In this document: positions 22,000-24,654 of the stretch, in pieces
Layout: each line of letters starts with the position of its first letter
Position numbering within the stretch: position 1 is the stretch's first letter
Assembly: GCA_051530055.1 (NCBI GenBank)
Contig: JBMGUZ010000040.1
Coordinates: 1 to 24,654, forward strand
Direction: 5' to 3'
Source of the DNA: Neoechinorhynchus agilis
Lineage: Eukaryota > Animalia > Acanthocephala
DNA length: 24,654 nt
Notes under the pieces: model-generated
Database searches by the model: none
What the model was told of the DNA's origin: nothing
Seen by the model: the letters and a program-made list of their open reading frames with translations, nothing else
Program-made: the position numbers and the translations under genes

Positions 22000-24654
22000 G
22001 ATGACGTCATCGCCATGACGTCATCGTGATTTTTGATGACGTCATCGCCATTTTTGATGACGTCATCGCCATGACGTCATCGTGATTTTTGATGACGTCA
22101 TCGCCATTTTTGATGACGTCATCGCCATGACGTCATCGTGATTTTTGATGACGTCATCGCCATTTTTGATGACGTCATCGCCATGACGTCATCGTGATTT
22201 TTGATGACGTCATCGCCATTTTTGATGACGTCATCGCCATGACGTCATCGTGATTTTTGATGACGTCATCGCCATTTTTGATGACGTCATCGCCATGACG
22301 TCATCGTGATTTTTGATGACGTCATCGCCATTTTTGATGACGTCATCGCCATGACGTCATCGTGATTTTTGATGACGTCATCGCCATTTTTGATGACGTC
22401 ATCGCCATGACGTCATCGTGATTTTTGATGACGTCATCGCCATTTTTGATGACGTCATCGCCATGACGTCATCGTGATTTTTGATGACGTCATCGCCATT
22501 TTTGATGACGTCATCGCCATGACGTCATCGTGATTTTTGATGACGTCATCGCCATTTTTGATGACGTCATCGCCATGACGTCATCGTGATTTTTGATGAC
22601 GTCATCGCCATTTTTGATGACGTCATCGCCATGACGTCATCGTGATTTTTGATGACGTCATCGCCATTTTTGATGACGTCATCGCCATGACGTCATCGTG
22701 ATTTTTGATGACGTCATCGCCATTTTTGATGACGTCATCGCCATGACGTCATCGTGATTTTTGATGACGTCATCGCCATTTTTGATGACGTCATCGCCAT
22801 GACGTCATCGTGATTTTTGATGACGTCATCGCCATTTTTGATGACGTCATCGCCATGACGTCATCGTGATTTTTGATGACGTCATCGCCATTTTTGATGA
22901 CGTCATCGCCATGACGTCATCGTGATTTTTGATGACGTCATCGCCATTTTTGATGACGTCATCGCCATGACGTCATCGTGATTTTTGATGACGTCATCGC
23001 CATTTTTGATGACGTCATCGCCATGACGTCATCGTGATTTTTGATGACGTCATCGCCATATTTGATGACGTCATCGCCATGACGTCATCGTGATTTTTGA
23101 TGACGTCATCGCCATTTTTGATGACGTCATCGCCATGACGTCATCGTGATTTTTGATGACGTCATCGCCATTTTTGATGACGTCATCGCCATGACGTCAT
23201 CGTGATTTTTGATGACGTCATCGCCATTTTTGATGACGTCATCGCCATGACGTCATCGTGATTTTTGATGACGTCATCGCCATTTTTGATGACGTCATCG
23301 TGATTTTTGATGACGTCATCGCCATTTTTGATGACGTCATCGCCATGACGTCATCGTGATTTTTGATGACGTCATCGCCATTTTTGATGACGTCATCGCC
23401 ATGACGTCATCGTGATTTTTGATGACGTCATCGCCATTTTTGATGACGTCATCGCCATTTTTGATGACGTCATCGCCATGACGTCATCGTGATTTTTGAT
23501 GACGTCATCGCCATTTTTGATGACGTCATCGCCATTTTTGATGACGTCATCGCCATGACGTCATCGTGATTTTTGATGACGTCATCGCCATTTTTGATGA
23601 CGTCATCGCCATGACGTCATCGTGATTTTTGATGACGTCATCGCCATTTTTGATGACGTCATCGCCATGACGTCATCGTGATTTTTGATGACGTCATCGC
23701 CATTTTTGATGACGTCATCGCCATGACGTCATCGTGATTTTTGATGACGTCATCGCCATTTTTGATGACGTCATCGCCATGACGTCATCGTGATTTTTGA
23801 TGACGTCATCGCCATTTTTGATGACGTCATCGCCATGACGTCATCGTGATTTTTGATGACGTCATCGCCATTTTTGATGACGTCATCGCCATGACGTCAT
23901 CGTGATTTACATTGATGACGTCATCGCCATTTTTGATGACGTCATCGCCATGACGTCATCGTGATTTTTGATGACGTCATCGCCATTTTTGATGACGTCA
24001 TCGCCATGACGTCATCGTGATTTTTGATGACGTCATCGCCATGACGTCATCGTGATTTTTGATGACGTCATCGCCATTTTTGATGACGTCATCGCCATGA
24101 CGTCATCGTGATTTTTGATGACGTCATCGCCATGACGTCATCGTGATTTTTGATGACGTCATCGCCATTTTTGATGACGTCATCGCCATGACGTATCGTC
24201 GATTTTTGATGACGTCATCGCCATTTTTGATGACGTCATCGCCATGACGTCATCGTGATTTTTGATGACGTCATCGCCATTTTTGATGACGTCATCGCCA
24301 TGACGTCATCGTGATTTTTGATGACGTCATCGCCATTTTTGATGACGTCATCGCCATGACGTGATCGTGATTTTTGATGACGTCATCGCCATTTTTGATG
24401 ACGTCATCGCCATGACGTGATCGTGATTTTTGATGACGTCATGGCCATTTTTGATGACGTCATCGCCATGACGTGATCGTGATTTTTGATGACGTCATCG
24501 CCATTTTTGATGACGTCATCGCCATGACGTGATCGTGATTTTTGATGACGTCATCGCCATTTTTGATGACGTCATCGCCATGACGTGATCGTGATTTTTG
24601 ATGACGTCATGGCCATTTTTGATGACGTCATCGCCATGACGTGATCGTGATTTT
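22000..24654 (+). repeat. Type-B block 3: highly homogeneous 56-bp higher-order repeat, truncated by the window end
   Basis: TCATCGTGAT starts at 22021 and 22077 (period 56), continuing almost without substitutions to about 23050 and with few variants after that. Confidence 0.96.

Larger units (their letters stand above)
1..24654 (+). repeat. Satellite-type tandem array of a palindrome-containing monomer (GATGACGTCATC + spacer), all head-to-tail with T-tracts on the + strand; runs off both window ends
   Basis: ATGACGTCAT recurs every 21 bp (or 14 bp) from base 1 to 24654. There is no non-repeat insert longer than a few bases and no inversion of T-tract polarity. Confidence 0.99.

Noticed and set aside
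560-24201. Isolated 1-3-nt dropouts (about 563, 2562-2582, 5401, 10913, 14298, 24194) as meaningful variants
   Set aside because: Each is seen once and resembles long-read consensus error; cannot be judged without reads.
1-24654. CRISPR array
   Set aside because: Spacers are only 2-9 bp, near-identical and not unique; no leader or cas genes.
1-24654. Telomeric repeat tract or simple microsatellite
   Set aside because: The unit is 14-21 bp, palindromic and lacks the G-rich strand typical of telomerase repeats.
1-24654. Assignment to a baculovirus/nudivirus hr, plasmid iteron/parS array or a named centromeric satellite
   Set aside because: Only an analogy. I do not recognise the monomer, there are no flanking genes, and the array is far longer than typical hr or iteron regions.
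1-24654. Whole window as a synthetic or amplification concatemer artefact
   Set aside because: Nested, shared variant haplotypes at several scales indicate an evolved array, though local mis-assembly is not excluded.
1-24654. Rho-independent terminators (dyad followed by T-tract)
   Set aside because: The dyad has no loop and the T5 tract is short; there is no gene context, and the resemblance is a by-product of the monomer.

Overview
The whole 24,654-bp window is one head-to-tail satellite-type tandem array. I see no unique sequence, credible gene, RNA gene, transposon end or CRISPR spacer. The basic monomer is 21 bp (GATGACGTCATCGAGATTTTT): a perfect 12-bp palindrome GATGACGTCATC, which holds a CRE-type TGACGTCA core, plus a 9-bp spacer ending in a T5 tract. 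There are roughly 1,200 cores, estimated from length and period. Two subfamilies alternate A-B-A-B-A-B. Type A (about 1-9021, 11051-12510, 14431-21999) is a moderately diverged 21-bp array with GAG/GAA spacers, ordered variant modules and kb-scale internal duplications (offsets about 1.07, 1.54, 3.49 and 11.1 kb). Type B (about 9022-11050, 12511-14430, 22000-end) is a very homogeneous 56-bp higher-order repeat of 21+21+14 bp with GTG/GCC/GCC spacers and traces of a 168-bp period. All supplied ORFs are best explained as by-products of a 21-bp period that is stop-free in 2 of 3 frames per strand. The host (eukaryotic chromosome, large DNA virus or other) and any function cannot be determined from the sequence alone.
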